This document shows, one piece after another, positions 1-11,408 of a DNA stretch of 64,000 bases. A program made the position numbers and the translations under genes. The notes under the pieces are model-generated. The model was not told the origin of the DNA. It did not search any database and worked only from the letters and a program-made list of their open reading frames with translations. This DNA comes from Octopus bimaculoides. Lineage: Eukaryota. The stretch's first letter is position 1, and each line of letters opens with the position of its first letter. The stretch spans positions 10,628,654-10,692,653 of the forward strand of contig NC_068993.1 of assembly GCF_001194135.2 (NCBI RefSeq), given 5' to 3'.

Positions 1-176
1 TTGTTTCAGCTATTTGACTGTGGCCATGCTGTAGCACCGCATTTTAGTTGAAAAAATTGACCCCAGGACTTATTCTTTGTAAGCCTAGTACTTATTCTAT
101 CGGTCTCTTTTGCTGAACCGCTAAGTTAAGGGGAAGTAAACACACCAACATTGGTTGTCGAGCAACGTTTGGAGGA

Positions 177-226
<50 letters not shown>

Positions 227-391
227 CATATATACGACGGGCTTCTTTCAGTTTCCGTCTACCAAATCCACTCACAAGGCTTTGGATGGCCTGAGGCTAT
301 AGTAGAAGACACTTGCCCAAAGTGCCATGCAGTGGGACTGAACCTGGAACCATGTGGTTAGTAAGCAAGCTACTTACCACACAGCCACTCG
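1..391 (-). mobile_element. tRNA-derived CORE-like SINE, family B (cut by window edge)
   Basis: Reverse complement reads GAGTGGCTGTGTGGTAAGTAGCTTGCTTAC...GGTTC.AGTCCCACTGC..GGCAC.TTGGGCAAGTGTCTTCTACTATAGCC, then an internal (TA)(TG) microsatellite and a tail ending ...CAGCATGGCCACAGTCAAATAGCTGAAACAA. Same sequence recurs more than 20 times in the window. Confidence 0.9.
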
Positions 392-498
392 ATGGACTCT
401 CCTGTTAAAGACGGCATATGAGCATTCAGCTTTTGCCAAATGACCAGCACAAATGATTTGTTTATAGTGATCAAGCAGACGTTAAACGACAATGATGA

Positions 499-533
<35 letters not shown>

Positions 534-979
534 CATATATATACACACATACATGCATGCACATACAGGATGAGATTCCTTTCAGTTTCCGCCTACCAAA
601 TCTGCTCACGAGGCTTTAGTTGGCTCAAATGCCATAGTAGAAGACAGTGAGATATATAGTTACAAAAACTAATTTTTTTCACTTGGGAATTCATTTCAAA
701 GTCCACCCTCTCCTGTTTTATTGCTTAATTTTATTTCTTTAACTTTGATTTTTCTTCTGATTTTTTTTTTTGAGGCTTCTATTTAGGTCATTTACTAAAT
801 CATTCTGACTGGACTTTAAACTGCTCCCCCCCACCACTATATTGACAAGTTACACCCCCCCATCATGTCTTAGTGTGCATGTGTGTACGTGTATATACAC
901 ACACACACCCACACCATGTTCTCTCACTTGCGTATTCACAGCACTATTTTTAAATATATGTGCGTCTATATATACATAA

Positions 980-1021
<42 letters not shown>

Positions 1022-1237
1022 ATATACAAATATATGTGTGTTCACATACACATTTTTATATATTTATGTGTGTAGATATGTGTGTATGTCCACACACACC
1101 AGGTTGTAATTTGTTACTGTTGATCAAATGTTTTATTATACAGGTATATGTTTACAAATGTATAACTTAAGTGAATATATACAACATGCATCATCACAGC
1201 TTTCTGTCGATACACGCACACACACGTGTATATATAT

Positions 1238-1905
1238 ATCATCATCATCATCATCGTTTAACGTCCGCTTTCCATGCTAGCATGGGTTGGACGATTTGAC
1301 TGAGGACTGGTGAAACCGGATGGCAACACCAGGCTCCAGTCTGATTTGGCAGAGTTTCTACAGCTGGATGCCCTTCCTAACGCCAACCACTCAGAGAGTG
1401 TAGTGGGTGCTTTTACGTGTCACCCGCACGAAAACGGCCACGCTCGAAATGGTGTCTTNNNNNNNNNNNNNNNNNNNNNNNNNNNNNNNNNNNNNNNNNN
1501 NNNNNNNNNNNNNNNNNNNNNNNNNNNNNNNNNNNNNNNNNNNNNNNNNNNNNNNNNNNNNNNNNNNNNNNNNNNNNNNNNNNNNNNNNNNNNNNNNNNN
1601 NNNNNNNNNNNNNNNNNNNNNNNNNNNNNNNNNNNNNNNNNNNNNNNNNNNNNNNNNNNNNNNNNNNNNNNNNNNNNNNNNNACTTGGCTTGCCGGGTCT
1701 TCTCACGCACAGCCCATTTTCAAAGGTCTCGGTCCATAGTCATCGCCTCGGTGAGGCCCAATGTACGAAGGTCTTGCCTCACCACCTCAGCCCAGGTCTT
1801 CCTGGGCCTACCTCTTCCACGGGTTCCCTCAACTGTTAGGGTGTGGCACTTTTTCACGCAGCTATCCTCCTCCATTCTCACCACATGTCCATACCAGCGC
1901 AATCG
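1238..1905 (-). mobile_element. 5'-truncated RTE-clade LINE (ORF2 C-terminus, 3' UTR, (GAT)n tail)
   Basis: Minus strand has ORF2 C-terminal coding sequence, an N gap, then the 3' UTR ending CCATGCTAGCATGGAAAGCGGACGTTAAACGATGATGATG. (TA)n lies on both flanks. Confidence 0.9.
1683..1905 (-). pseudogene. RTE LINE ORF2 C-terminal fragment with a premature stop
   Basis: RRLRWYGHVVRMEEDSCVKKCHTLTVEGTRGRGRPRKTWAEVVRQDLRTLGLTEAMTMDRDL*KWAVREKTRQAK. RRLRWxGHVxRM and GRPRKTW are typical post-RT motifs. TGA at 1720-1722 probably replaces TGG. Confidence 0.85.
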
Positions 1906-1936
<31 letters not shown>

Positions 1937-2439
1937 GTATCCACACACACACACACACACACACATACATACTCACAAATTCATATACTCATATAATACA
2001 ATTATAAATTAATATATGGATACACATATACATACACACATCTCTTTATCTACCTATCTAACTCTGCGTATGTGTGTGTTTATAAATAAATTTTTGTACA
2101 AACACAGACACACAAAAATATACATACATATGCATACATATAAATATGCACATATATTTATGCACATTAATATATACTCACACAAGCTAAAATATATGTA
2201 TATGAATTTCAATCTTTTTAACCAAATAAAACAAGTTTCTGAAAGAGGTGTGGCCCATAGCCAGTTACAATGACCCAACCCAATAATAATTTGGTGGTAT
2301 ATTTTCCATGCACCAGAGGGACAAAAAAAGTTATAGAAATTTATCGCTAGATAAGTTGTCAGTTAAGTTATTTCTGAAAGTTTAACCAGTATTAATAAAC
2401 TTGATCCATTGTAAAGTGTTCTGTGATTTTTCAACTTGT

Positions 2440-2720
2440 TCACATCGTCATAATTTAGCATCTGCTTTTTCATGCTTATGCTTACACGGGTCAGACAGAA
2501 ATTGTCGAGGCAAATTTTCTATGACTAGATGCCCTTTCCTATTGCCAACCCTTACTTGTTTCAAAGCAAGGAAATATTTCCTCATGACCAGACATGTCTT
2601 TTTTTTTTTTTTTTTTCTGGATGCTCTTCTTCTAGTCAAACCTCACCTGTTTCCAAATAAGGTAATATTTCTCTGCGACCAGACAGGTTTTTTTCACATA
2701 TGACTGGAAATGAGCAACAT
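2440..2720 (-). mobile_element. diverged RTE 3'-tail fragment
   Basis: CATCGTCATAATTTAGCATCTGCTTTTTCATGC...CTAGATGCCCTTTCCTATTGCCAACC is homologous to the RTE tail. Confidence 0.6.
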
Positions 2721-2854
2721 CATTTTTATGATGGTGATGCTCATTTTTTTTAACAAGTCCCTTAACCCCTCAGAGGCCTTTGGGGTGCTGCAGCCATGCA
2801 GTGTATCTAAGGTGAGAAAGCCTGGTGGAGCTCATCCCTCTCCAGGCTAACCCT

Positions 2855-3150
2855 AACCCTTATTTCTACAGCTGAATGGAGCGGAACAAAGTGAACTGAA
2901 GTGCTTCGCTCAAGGACACAACAGATTGCCCAGTCCACAGATTGAAACGACAATCTTATGGTCATGAATCCAACACCCTAACCACCAAGTGACATGCCTC
3001 CACTAGTGGTGCTCATTTCTACAGCTGAGTGCACTGGAGCAACATGAAATGAAGTGTTTTGCTCAAGAACACAATTCCAGTGCAGGAATTGAAACCACAA
3101 TCTTACAATTGCAAGTCCAACACCCTAATCACTAAGCCACACACCTCCAC
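2855..3150 (-). mobile_element. two tandem head+CORE fragments of SINE family C
   Basis: CAGCTGA.TG.A..GGA.CAA..TGAA.TGAAGTG.TT.GCTCAAG.ACACAA...GA.TTGAAAC.ACAATCTTA...AACACCCTAA.CAC.AAG occurs twice and matches the 51936 element. Confidence 0.75.
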
Positions 3151-3225
3151 AACCACTAAACCATGCACCTCCATGATATTGGTTTTCAACCATCAAATGA
3201 TGTGAAATGGTTTACTCATGTACAC

Positions 3226-3373
3226 CAGATGTGGGCAACCGTTTTTGAGGAGTGAGCCACATAAGACACGGCTCATCATCAGACAAACCACACTACCAAA
3301 AAAGAAATTCAAGATAATTTTACATCAGGCATACCATTCAGAAAGGCCCATGGGCCGCAGTTTCCTGAGACTG
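3226..3373. mobile_element. hAT-type MITE
   Basis: Ends CAGATGTGGGCAACC...GGGCCGCAGTTTCCTGAGACTG; degenerate 8-bp flanks ATGTACAC/GTATACAA; sister copy at 37503. Confidence 0.65.
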
Positions 3374-4157
3374 GTATACAAAAGAACTCACATACTTAAA
3401 TACATATGCAATGGCCTTGGACCCATCAGATCCTGTCAAACTATCCAACTCATTCCAGCATGGAACATGGACATTAGACGATTATGATAATGATGTTGGT
3501 GATGCCTTAAGCAGAACAATTTAGAATCTTTGTGGTAGCATCTTGAATTTTCTTACAATCTCTACATTAGGAAAAGATTAAAAAATTAATTTACTTTAAT
3601 AACAATGTCATCTTTTGATTCTTGATTTCTAATTCTTTGACCAGATTTAGGATAGCTTCCATGTCCTAATTCCACTGAGGTTATATAATTCCTGGTTTTG
3701 CATTATATTTCCTCTCCTATTCCTTTCTCCCATCTTTTTATGTATTTTTCCCCTGCTAGCTATAACATATAGAAGCATTGTGTTCTGCAGCTGGATGCTT
3801 TTCTTGATATTAACACTTTTACTTGCTTTTCAAGTTAAGTTAAGGAGTGTTCATTCAACTTCTCTCGAAAAGCACAGAGCCACCAAATGATTTATTGACA
3901 GGAAAAATGTCAACAATGACACCAAAGCTGGAGAGAGCAAAAATAAAACCACACATTTTCACACTCCTATTAGTTACAGCTGTCCAGGAATTCAAATTAA
4001 TCATTTGAAGCTAAATGAGGATACACTGAAATAAACCTTTCAACTATGGCAGAGTGCAGTGGAAGAGGTATTGGTTTCTACTTATCAAATAATCTGCAAA
4101 ATCTCTCTTCTGAGGTCATAACCTCAAAATATTTTAACAGTAGGTCTCTCTCTCTCA

Positions 4158-4204
<47 letters not shown>

Positions 4205-4205
<1 letters not shown>

Positions 4206-4375
4206 GAGAATTCACGAAAAAACAACAGACGAAGACAGGTGGTGTAGAAAACAAACAGATGTATTAGTATAACGCTCGGGAATAGAGAAAGTCTTTAACG
4301 TTTCGAGCCTACGCTCTTCAACAGAAAGGAACACAGAAAGAAACAAGGAGAGAAAAAAAAATATATGTGTAGTGT
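4205..4375 (-). mobile_element. Penelope-like or retrozyme-like terminal-repeat fragment carrying a hammerhead fold
   Basis: Contains the ...GAAGAGCGTAGGCTCGAAACGTT... signature and lies next to a (TA)n tract. Family assignment is inferred from the known link between minimal hammerheads and Penelope-like elements. Confidence 0.5.
4293..4328 (-). ncRNA. minimal type-I hammerhead ribozyme-like motif (A6U core variant)
   Basis: CTTT-CTGTTGA-A-GAGC(GTAG)GCTC-GAAA-CGT-T-AAAG: stem I CTTT/AAAG, stem II GAGC/GCTC, palindromic stem III ACGT, GUU triplet. Confidence 0.6.
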
Positions 4376-5059
4376 TAAAATAGGCCAACAGGTCTTAGGG
4401 TCTGAAGATACATCATAAGGGTACCCTTTATGGTGAGAAATCCAGGATAACCCTATGGACCAGCCTTCACCAGTAATTAATATAGATTGCTCTACTTCTT
4501 GGAGTGTGCTTCTTCTCTGGATTTATGTTTTTCTAAAAAAAGAATATATATATATACTGAAGCAGGCCTTGGAACACAATGCAGTCCTTAGACACATCAG
4601 AACTTGTCAAACTATCCAAGCCATCCCAGCACGTAACATGGACATTAAATGATGATGATGCCTTAAACAGAGACAAATTAGTTCATAATCTTTGTGGTAG
4701 CATCTTGGGTGTTCTTACAATCTCTACATTAGGAAAAGGAAATAAAAAAACATGAATTTATCTTAATAAAAATGTCCTTTTTTGATTTTTGATTTCTCAG
4801 TCTTTGACCAGAAGCTGTTTTTGCTTCAGTTATAAACAACATGGTGTGTTTTATTTTATGCAAGGACAACATCGTGCCTCATAGAATCAGAACAGCAATT
4901 TGGCTTGTTGAATGAAGGGGGTTGTTTGAGGGTAGGAGATGATGACAGAGCTGTGTGATGGCCTTGGTGTAAATGTAACAAAGCTGTCAGTTTTCTGTCA
5001 AACCATGGAGAATTAAATGTTTCACTCTCATTCCCTCCCCCTCTCTCTCTCACTGTCTC

Positions 5060-5330
5060 ATCATCATCTTTTAACATCAACTTTCCATGCTGGCATGGGT
5101 TGGACAGCTTGACATGGAACTGGTCAGCTGGGAGCTGTCCAGACTCCAACTGCCCATTGTGGCATGGCTTCTACGGCTGGAAGCCTTTCCTAATGTCAGC
5201 CACTTAACAGAGTGCACTGGGTGCTTTTTATGTGCCACCAGCACAGGTGCGTTTACACGGCACCAGTACAGGTGCTTTCTAAGTGGCACTGGCACGTGAA
5301 AGGACAAACCTGTGCATGTGGTAGATAGTG
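5060..5330 (-). mobile_element. RTE 3'-tail copy (diverged)
   Basis: CATCATCATCTTTTAACATCAACTTTCCATGCTGGCATGGGTTGGACAG...GGAAGCCTTTCCTAATGTCAGCCAC. Confidence 0.8.
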
Positions 5331-5779
5331 ATTTTTATTTAGCTTACTGTGTCTTATCAAGTACAGCAAATTGCCATCGCAACCAGGTGGTTTTGAGTTC
5401 AGCCCCACTGTGTGGCACGTTAAGGCGAGTGACGTTTACTATAGTCCCAGGGTGCCCAATGTCTTGTTAGTGAATTTGATAGCTGGAAACTGTGTGGAAG
5501 CCTGTCATGTATTCTTTTATTCTTTAACTTGTTTAAGTCATTTGACTGCAGCCATGCTGGAGCACCACCTTTAGTTGAACAAATCAACCCCAGGACTTAT
5601 TTATAAGGTGTTAGGAACATAAATTGTGACTAAGGTTTGGTGGAAGATTTTAATTCAAAACTTATTAAAACAAGACATTTGTACTCAGAGCCAGTTTCAG
5701 CTGGGTTGGTAACGAATGGGTTAAACAGCTATTACATTGGCAACTGTCACGAAAAGTAATGACTGTGCTAAGTGATTAG

Positions 5780-6125
5780 GGAAGGGCCTCAGTGTCTGAC
5801 ACAATAGGAGAAAGGAGTGGATTGCAAATACCTGAATACAGGTAACATGAACCAAGCCAGATTTAAGGAGTGGAAGTAAAAAAGGCAAAGAGAGGCGACA
5901 GTGTATCTGTGGGCCAGAGCTGGAGTATGTCTGCAAGTGACTTGGTGCCAGTCTGGTGAGTAGCCCTTTTCTAGATGAAATCTAAGACATCTGTGTGTGC
6001 AACAGTAGCACTGTCTCAGATGTAGGAGCAATACACTATCCACAATGGATTGTGGGCCTCACCCCTGCTTTATAAGGCCTCAATAACTCTTGGGAGCTGA
6101 AGGATCTTCTGGCTCTGACAAAAAG
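5780..6125 (-). pseudogene. CR1/Jockey-group LINE RT C-terminal relic
   Basis: Frameshifted pieces VRARRSFSSQELLRPYKAGVRPTI, TPALAHRYTVASLCLFYF and FRYLQSTPFSYCVRH resemble the CR1-type motifs LYKAQVRPxMEY, PLxHRRxVASLxxFY and YLxSFxPxTxRLWN. Confidence 0.65.
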
Positions 6126-6250
6126 GGATAGTTGTTGGCTTGTGGTTTTAATTATGTTAAAGCTGCATTTTCATCCAGAAGCTATCATGTCTCCCTTGTG
6201 TTCTCTGGTATTTTTTTTATTCTCCTACCTTCACCAAATAATATCTTTAA

Positions 6251-6470
6251 CCCTTTAATATTCAGATTATTCGACAAAATGCAATACTTTTTTTGTTCAA
6301 ATTATTTTTAATTAATCATCTATTATTTTGTAGCTTTGAAATTTTGTTGATGTGATTGTATATTTTATAATGCCATTGAAAGGTAAGAGTAACGGTCTGG
6401 ACCTGGTGGGTTAAAACATAAAACAGGGAACACACTGGGGCAGGACATGGCTGGTTTAAATGCTAAAGGG
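6251..6470. mobile_element. piggyBac-like MITE (TTAA TSD)
   Basis: TTAA|CCCTTTAATATTC...TTTAAATGCTAAAGGG|TTAA, 220 bp. Confidence 0.8.
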
Positions 6471-6864
6471 TTAATACTCAAAATCTATCACAGCTCCCTG
6501 GTGCTTTGTGGTGCTGTACTCTCTTAATTGTATTGAGTGCACCATTTACCTCTTGCTTGTTTGGATATCAAATGTGGCATTTCTCTGGGACAAGAGTAGA
6601 GTTCTGTATATTTTCTTGGTCACTTAAGACTTTGCTTTTTGTTTGGTTTACTATTAGACCTCTTTTGTTTTTGGTTCAAATTCCATGCTTGGAGCTTCCT
6701 CACTAATTCTCTGGCAGATTCAGTTATGAGAATTAGAACCATGGCATGCAGGAGTTCCCACGGTCTTGAACTCCTTTGTTATGGCCTCAAAAAGAAACTA
6801 TAAAAAATAAGTAGTGGGAGGGAGCCATGACAATAGAAATTTTCTATGTGTGTGTGTATCTGTC

Positions 6865-6902
<38 letters not shown>

Positions 6903-7448
6903 CAATGATCTTCTACTGAAAAGATTTGATTGTTGAAGCAATATTTACTTGAAGCATTCAAGCATATAATAAAAGTTGTCAGACAACCAGAACTCAATGA
7001 CAATTTACAATGATGATTCTACAGGTTATAGTCCAGTGCATACAGGGTGCAGGCATAATTATAACTATGCGGTTAAGATATTTCCTCAGAAAACACATAG
7101 TTGGTGGGGTGGGGCTGTTCAAATCTTAGTGTAACACCTTGAGCAAGTATCTTCTCTCACTGCCTCAAGCTGACCAAAAGAAACTTCGCGATAGAAATTT
7201 GGTAGATGGAAATTGTGTTGAAAGTCGTTGCATGGATTATCTTTTACTTTATTGTTGGGATAATCTCTTTAGTGTTAACACTATGATCACCTGATCCTTG
7301 GGCGCCATGACTGAAGTTCACTGTCTTAATCATGCAGAATACAACACCAGTCTGAGTAGAACTTCTTTTCCTCATGCCAACAAATACATACATATATATG
7401 TGGTCTGCAGCAGTTTCAATGCTGGACAAGCGAGTATGTATATATACA

Positions 7449-7479
<31 letters not shown>

Positions 7480-7607
7480 CTATATATACATGTATTATTT
7501 AGTTGGTAAGGATGGAGGCCATTTAATTATGTTGCATGTTTGTCTTTTTTCTTTTTGACTATACACAAAATATCCTCATGTTTATTCAACAATAGAATTC
7601 TGCTTAA

Positions 7608-7837
7608 CCTTTCCATTACCATATTTCTCTTAAAATACACTGCCTTTCTTTCATTTAACTTTGAAAATAATGAGAAATTTAATAAAACAATTTAATCGTT
7701 ATTAAGCAGGTGTTTGGAATAAAAATTAGCATGGAATTTTGATAGAAAGTTTTAGTTTAAATCATTTAAAAAACCCCAAGTTTGCATTTATATTGTAGAA
7801 CCAATATTGGTCTAAGGCTGGTTTGGTGTGAAAAGGA
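7608..7837. mobile_element. piggyBac-like MITE, second family
   Basis: TTAA|CCTTTCCATTACC...GGTTTGGTGTGAAAAGGA|TTAA. Related pieces occur near 5600-5724 and 15655-15800. Confidence 0.65.
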
Positions 7838-8159
7838 TTAATTCAGAAATGTGACACTACGTAGCTGTGAAATTAACATGTTTGACTTTAATTCAAATGT
7901 TGCTTCTTCAGCAAGTTTGTTTCATTTTTGAGCAAGTTGCTCAAATTTGCTTACCTGACTGATCAAAAAATCAAAAAATAAATAAAATAATAATCATCAT
8001 CATCTTTTAATGTCCGTTTTACATGCTGTCATAGACATTAAACAATGATGATGATGAAATGTTTAAATCACTTTCTTATCATAATATGAGAGAAAAGAAA
8101 AATTTTTCCATATGCTTCTCTCCCTTATTTGAAAACCAGCTGAACCAATCTCCAAACAT

Positions 8160-8515
8160 ATTCTTTTACTTGTGTCAGTCTTTTGACTGTGGCCATGCTG
8201 GAGCACTGCCTTTAGTCGAGCAAATCGACCCCAGGACTTATTCTTTGGAAGCCTAGCACTCATTCTACCGGTCTTTTTTTGCCGAACCGCTAAGTTACGG
8301 GGAAGTAGACAAGCAATGTGGTGGAGACAAAGACATACAAACACATATCTATATATATATAGACGGGTTTCTTTCAGTCTCCGTTTACCAAATCCACTCA
8401 TAAGGCTTTGGTCAGCCCGAGGCTACAATAAAAAAAACACTTGCCCAAGGTGCTACGCAGTGGGACTGAACTCGGAACCATGTGGTTGGTAAGCAAGCTA
8501 CTTACCACACAGCCA
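8160..8515 (-). mobile_element. SINE family B, near full length
   Basis: Full head, CORE-like body, microsatellite and tail, matching the 1-391 copy. Confidence 0.9.
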
Positions 8516-9037
8516 TCGGCGAATATAAATTAACTATTGCTATAGCTACAGGCTATAAATTTTACATAGCGATGACTATGGCAGAAGGCACTGAGAGACA
8601 CTGGTTCTTAAATGGCATGAAAATAAATCACATGTGCATAGCCTGCTTGCATAGCTGAAAATGGCTGTTGAAAAAGTAAAAGCTTAAACAGAACAACTTT
8701 TCTGTAAGGCAGAGCATGAATTAATACATTGAGTTGAGAGTAAAATTAATTATCGTTATCAAGGTTGACTACTTTTCCATTACATAAAGTTTTCCAATAG
8801 AGAGGTATTCATTAAATTGCACATGGACACGATTGTGTGTGTGTTGGTGTATAGATGTGTGTGTGTATGTGTATATATATAATTTAGAGAAAAGAACCAA
8901 AGTTCATGAACTCATCCATGAAAATCCACCGTCACATATAGAAAAAATTAATAACTAAATACACTAAAAAGAATTATAATAAAATACAAAGTAATAATCA
9001 TAAAATAATAATAATAATGATAATAATAATTTATTAT

Positions 9038-9090
<53 letters not shown>

Positions 9091-9189
9091 GACACACACA
9101 CATGTATGTATAGATGCATGCATATGTGTATGTGTGTACATACACACAAACATACATGCATATATGTATATGAGTGAGTGTGTGTGTTT

Positions 9190-9352
9190 GTCGTCGTCGT
9201 CGTTGTTTAACGTCTGCTTTTCATGCTAGCATGGGTTGGACGATTTGACTGAGGACTGGTGAAACCAGATGGCTACACCAGGCTCCAATCTGATTTGGCA
9301 GAGTTTCTACAGCTGGATGCCCTTCCTAACGCCAACCACTCAGAGAGTGTAT
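9190..9352 (-). mobile_element. young RTE 3'-tail copy
   Basis: Near-identical to 1238-1400. Confidence 0.9.
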
Positions 9353-9716
9353 TTAGTTATAACATGCAGTGAGGCTTAACCTTCAGACGAGGAGATGAAA
9401 AAAAGGCCAATTAATCAGAACAGAATTCACACCCTGAATTACAACTTAGAGCGTACCCAAACTGCACTGAGCTGTCAAACCACCCTATTAAGCTTCACAT
9501 AACAGCTTTGACATCAGGTTAAATATATAACATGACAATATAAGAGAATTGCACCATTTGGATTCTAGGGTATTTAGTCATACTGGCACAATGTAAAATA
9601 TGATAGTTAGGCAGAACACACACACACATATAGAGTATATGTGTGAATATATATATGTATATATATATATATATATATATAAATATATATATTATCTGAG
9701 ACTGTATGACTCTTTC

Positions 9717-9766
<50 letters not shown>

Positions 9767-10044
9767 ATATATTACAGCCAAGTGCAGGATTACATAAGCT
9801 GGCTATTATCTAAAATCCCATTGAAACCCTTGTGTGAACCTATTTGGTAAGATTGGCTGTAATAGATATATGATACTGTACATTTCAATTTATATGTATG
9901 TGTCTGTGTGTGTGTGTGTATATANNNNNNNNNNNNNNNNNNNNNNNNNNNNNNNNNNNNNNNNNNNNNNNNNNNNNNNNNNNNNNNNNNNNNNNNNNNN
10001 NNNNNNNNNNNNNNNNNNNNNNNNNNNNNNNNNNNNNNNNNNNT

Positions 10045-10215
10045 ATATTACACTCTCAGCGTGGTTGGCGTTAGGAAGGGCATCCAGCTGTAGAAACTCT
10101 GCCAAATCAGATTGGAGCCTGGTGTAGCCATCCGGTTTCACCAGTTCTCAGTTCCTCAGTCAAATCGTCCAACCCATGCTAGCATGGAAAGCGGACGTTA
10201 AACGATGATGATGTT
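10045..10215 (+). mobile_element. young RTE 3'-tail copy
   Basis: GTGGTTGGCGTTAGGAAGGGCATCCAGCTGTAGAAACTCTGCC...GGACGTTAAACGATGATG. Confidence 0.9.
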
Positions 10216-10243
10216 GATATATATATATATACATACATACATA

Positions 10244-10483
10244 CAAGGTGGTCACTAGAAAAGTGGAAGATTCATGAAATGTTGTTTTATATTTTCACAA
10301 GATTTATTTGAGGTAAACAATTAGCGCCACAAAGTGTGACATCATATTAACACTCACAAATGGTCAACATGTCTGATAACAGAAACAGCGAATCAAAAAC
10401 CACCTATCACACAGTTTTTATCGATCAAATTAATGTTTGTTAGTTTTACCTTCAAATTTCCCACTTTTCTAGTGATCACCCTG
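10244..10483. mobile_element. Tc1/mariner-type MITE (TA TSD)
   Basis: TA|CAAGGTGGTCACTAGAAAAGTGGAAGATT...AATTTCCCACTTTTCTAGTGATCACCCTG|TA, with TIRs of about 28 bp. Confidence 0.85.
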
Positions 10484-10808
10484 TATATATCCTCATCATT
10501 GGCATGGGTTGGACAGTTTGACATGAGCTGGCCAGACAGGAGCCTGCACCAGACTCCTGTGTCTGTCTTTTCAAGCTAAGCACCACCCATCATGATATTT
10601 GCTCCAAGTCAAGTTACAGACACTTCTTTGTCACTCTCACCAACACTCGACCAATGATCGTTCCACTAGAATATTATTGTTCATCAATGTATAAGTCCGT
10701 TTAGCCAGCGGAAACGCTACTCCAGCTGGGGGGAAAACAGCAAGGCTACTACCCATAGTCAGCTCTAATAGAAGGAGGCCCTAAAATATGATAATATATG
10801 TTACTTAC

Positions 10809-10864
10809 CCTTGATGGAACATAAGACTTGTGAAAGAAAAGAATGATATTGTCGGTTTACATAC
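10809..10864 (-). other. candidate 56-nt exon whose first bases are a 5' splice site (RS-exon-like)
   Basis: ATTTTCTTTTCTTTCTTGCAG|GTATGT...CATCAAGG|GTAAGT: strong polypyrimidine tract, CAG acceptor and consensus donor. Confidence 0.5.
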
Positions 10865-11362
10865 CTGCAAGAAAGAAAAGAAAATATTTGTTAGTTTTTA
10901 TATCCTTGTATGTTGGATATATAATATAATGAAGCAAGAGGGAAAGAAAGTATTTACATGACACACTACTATTACTATTACATGAGACTTACTCTTCTCA
11001 ACTGACAGCTCACAGTGAACTGCTAACCTACCTGAACTGCCAAGCGCTCACAGTTTGTTGTCTTATAACAATGAGTCAGTCCACTTTTAGTCACTTGTGG
11101 GGGTGGTTGGAATCCTTCCACAACATTAATATTAATATTCAACGCATGGATATAGCTGAGAAGATACATTATCCATGGTCATATGCACACATCATCATCA
11201 ACATTATTATCATCATTATCATCATCAATTTAACTTCCTCTTTTTTCATGCTCTTATAAGATAATCTGGGCCTTTTGGGGCCATATTTTATGGCTGGATG
11301 CTTTCCCTGTTGCCAACATTTTGTCTCTTACTACATGCACCTATTGTGAAACCATGACATCA

Positions 11363-11408
<46 letters not shown>

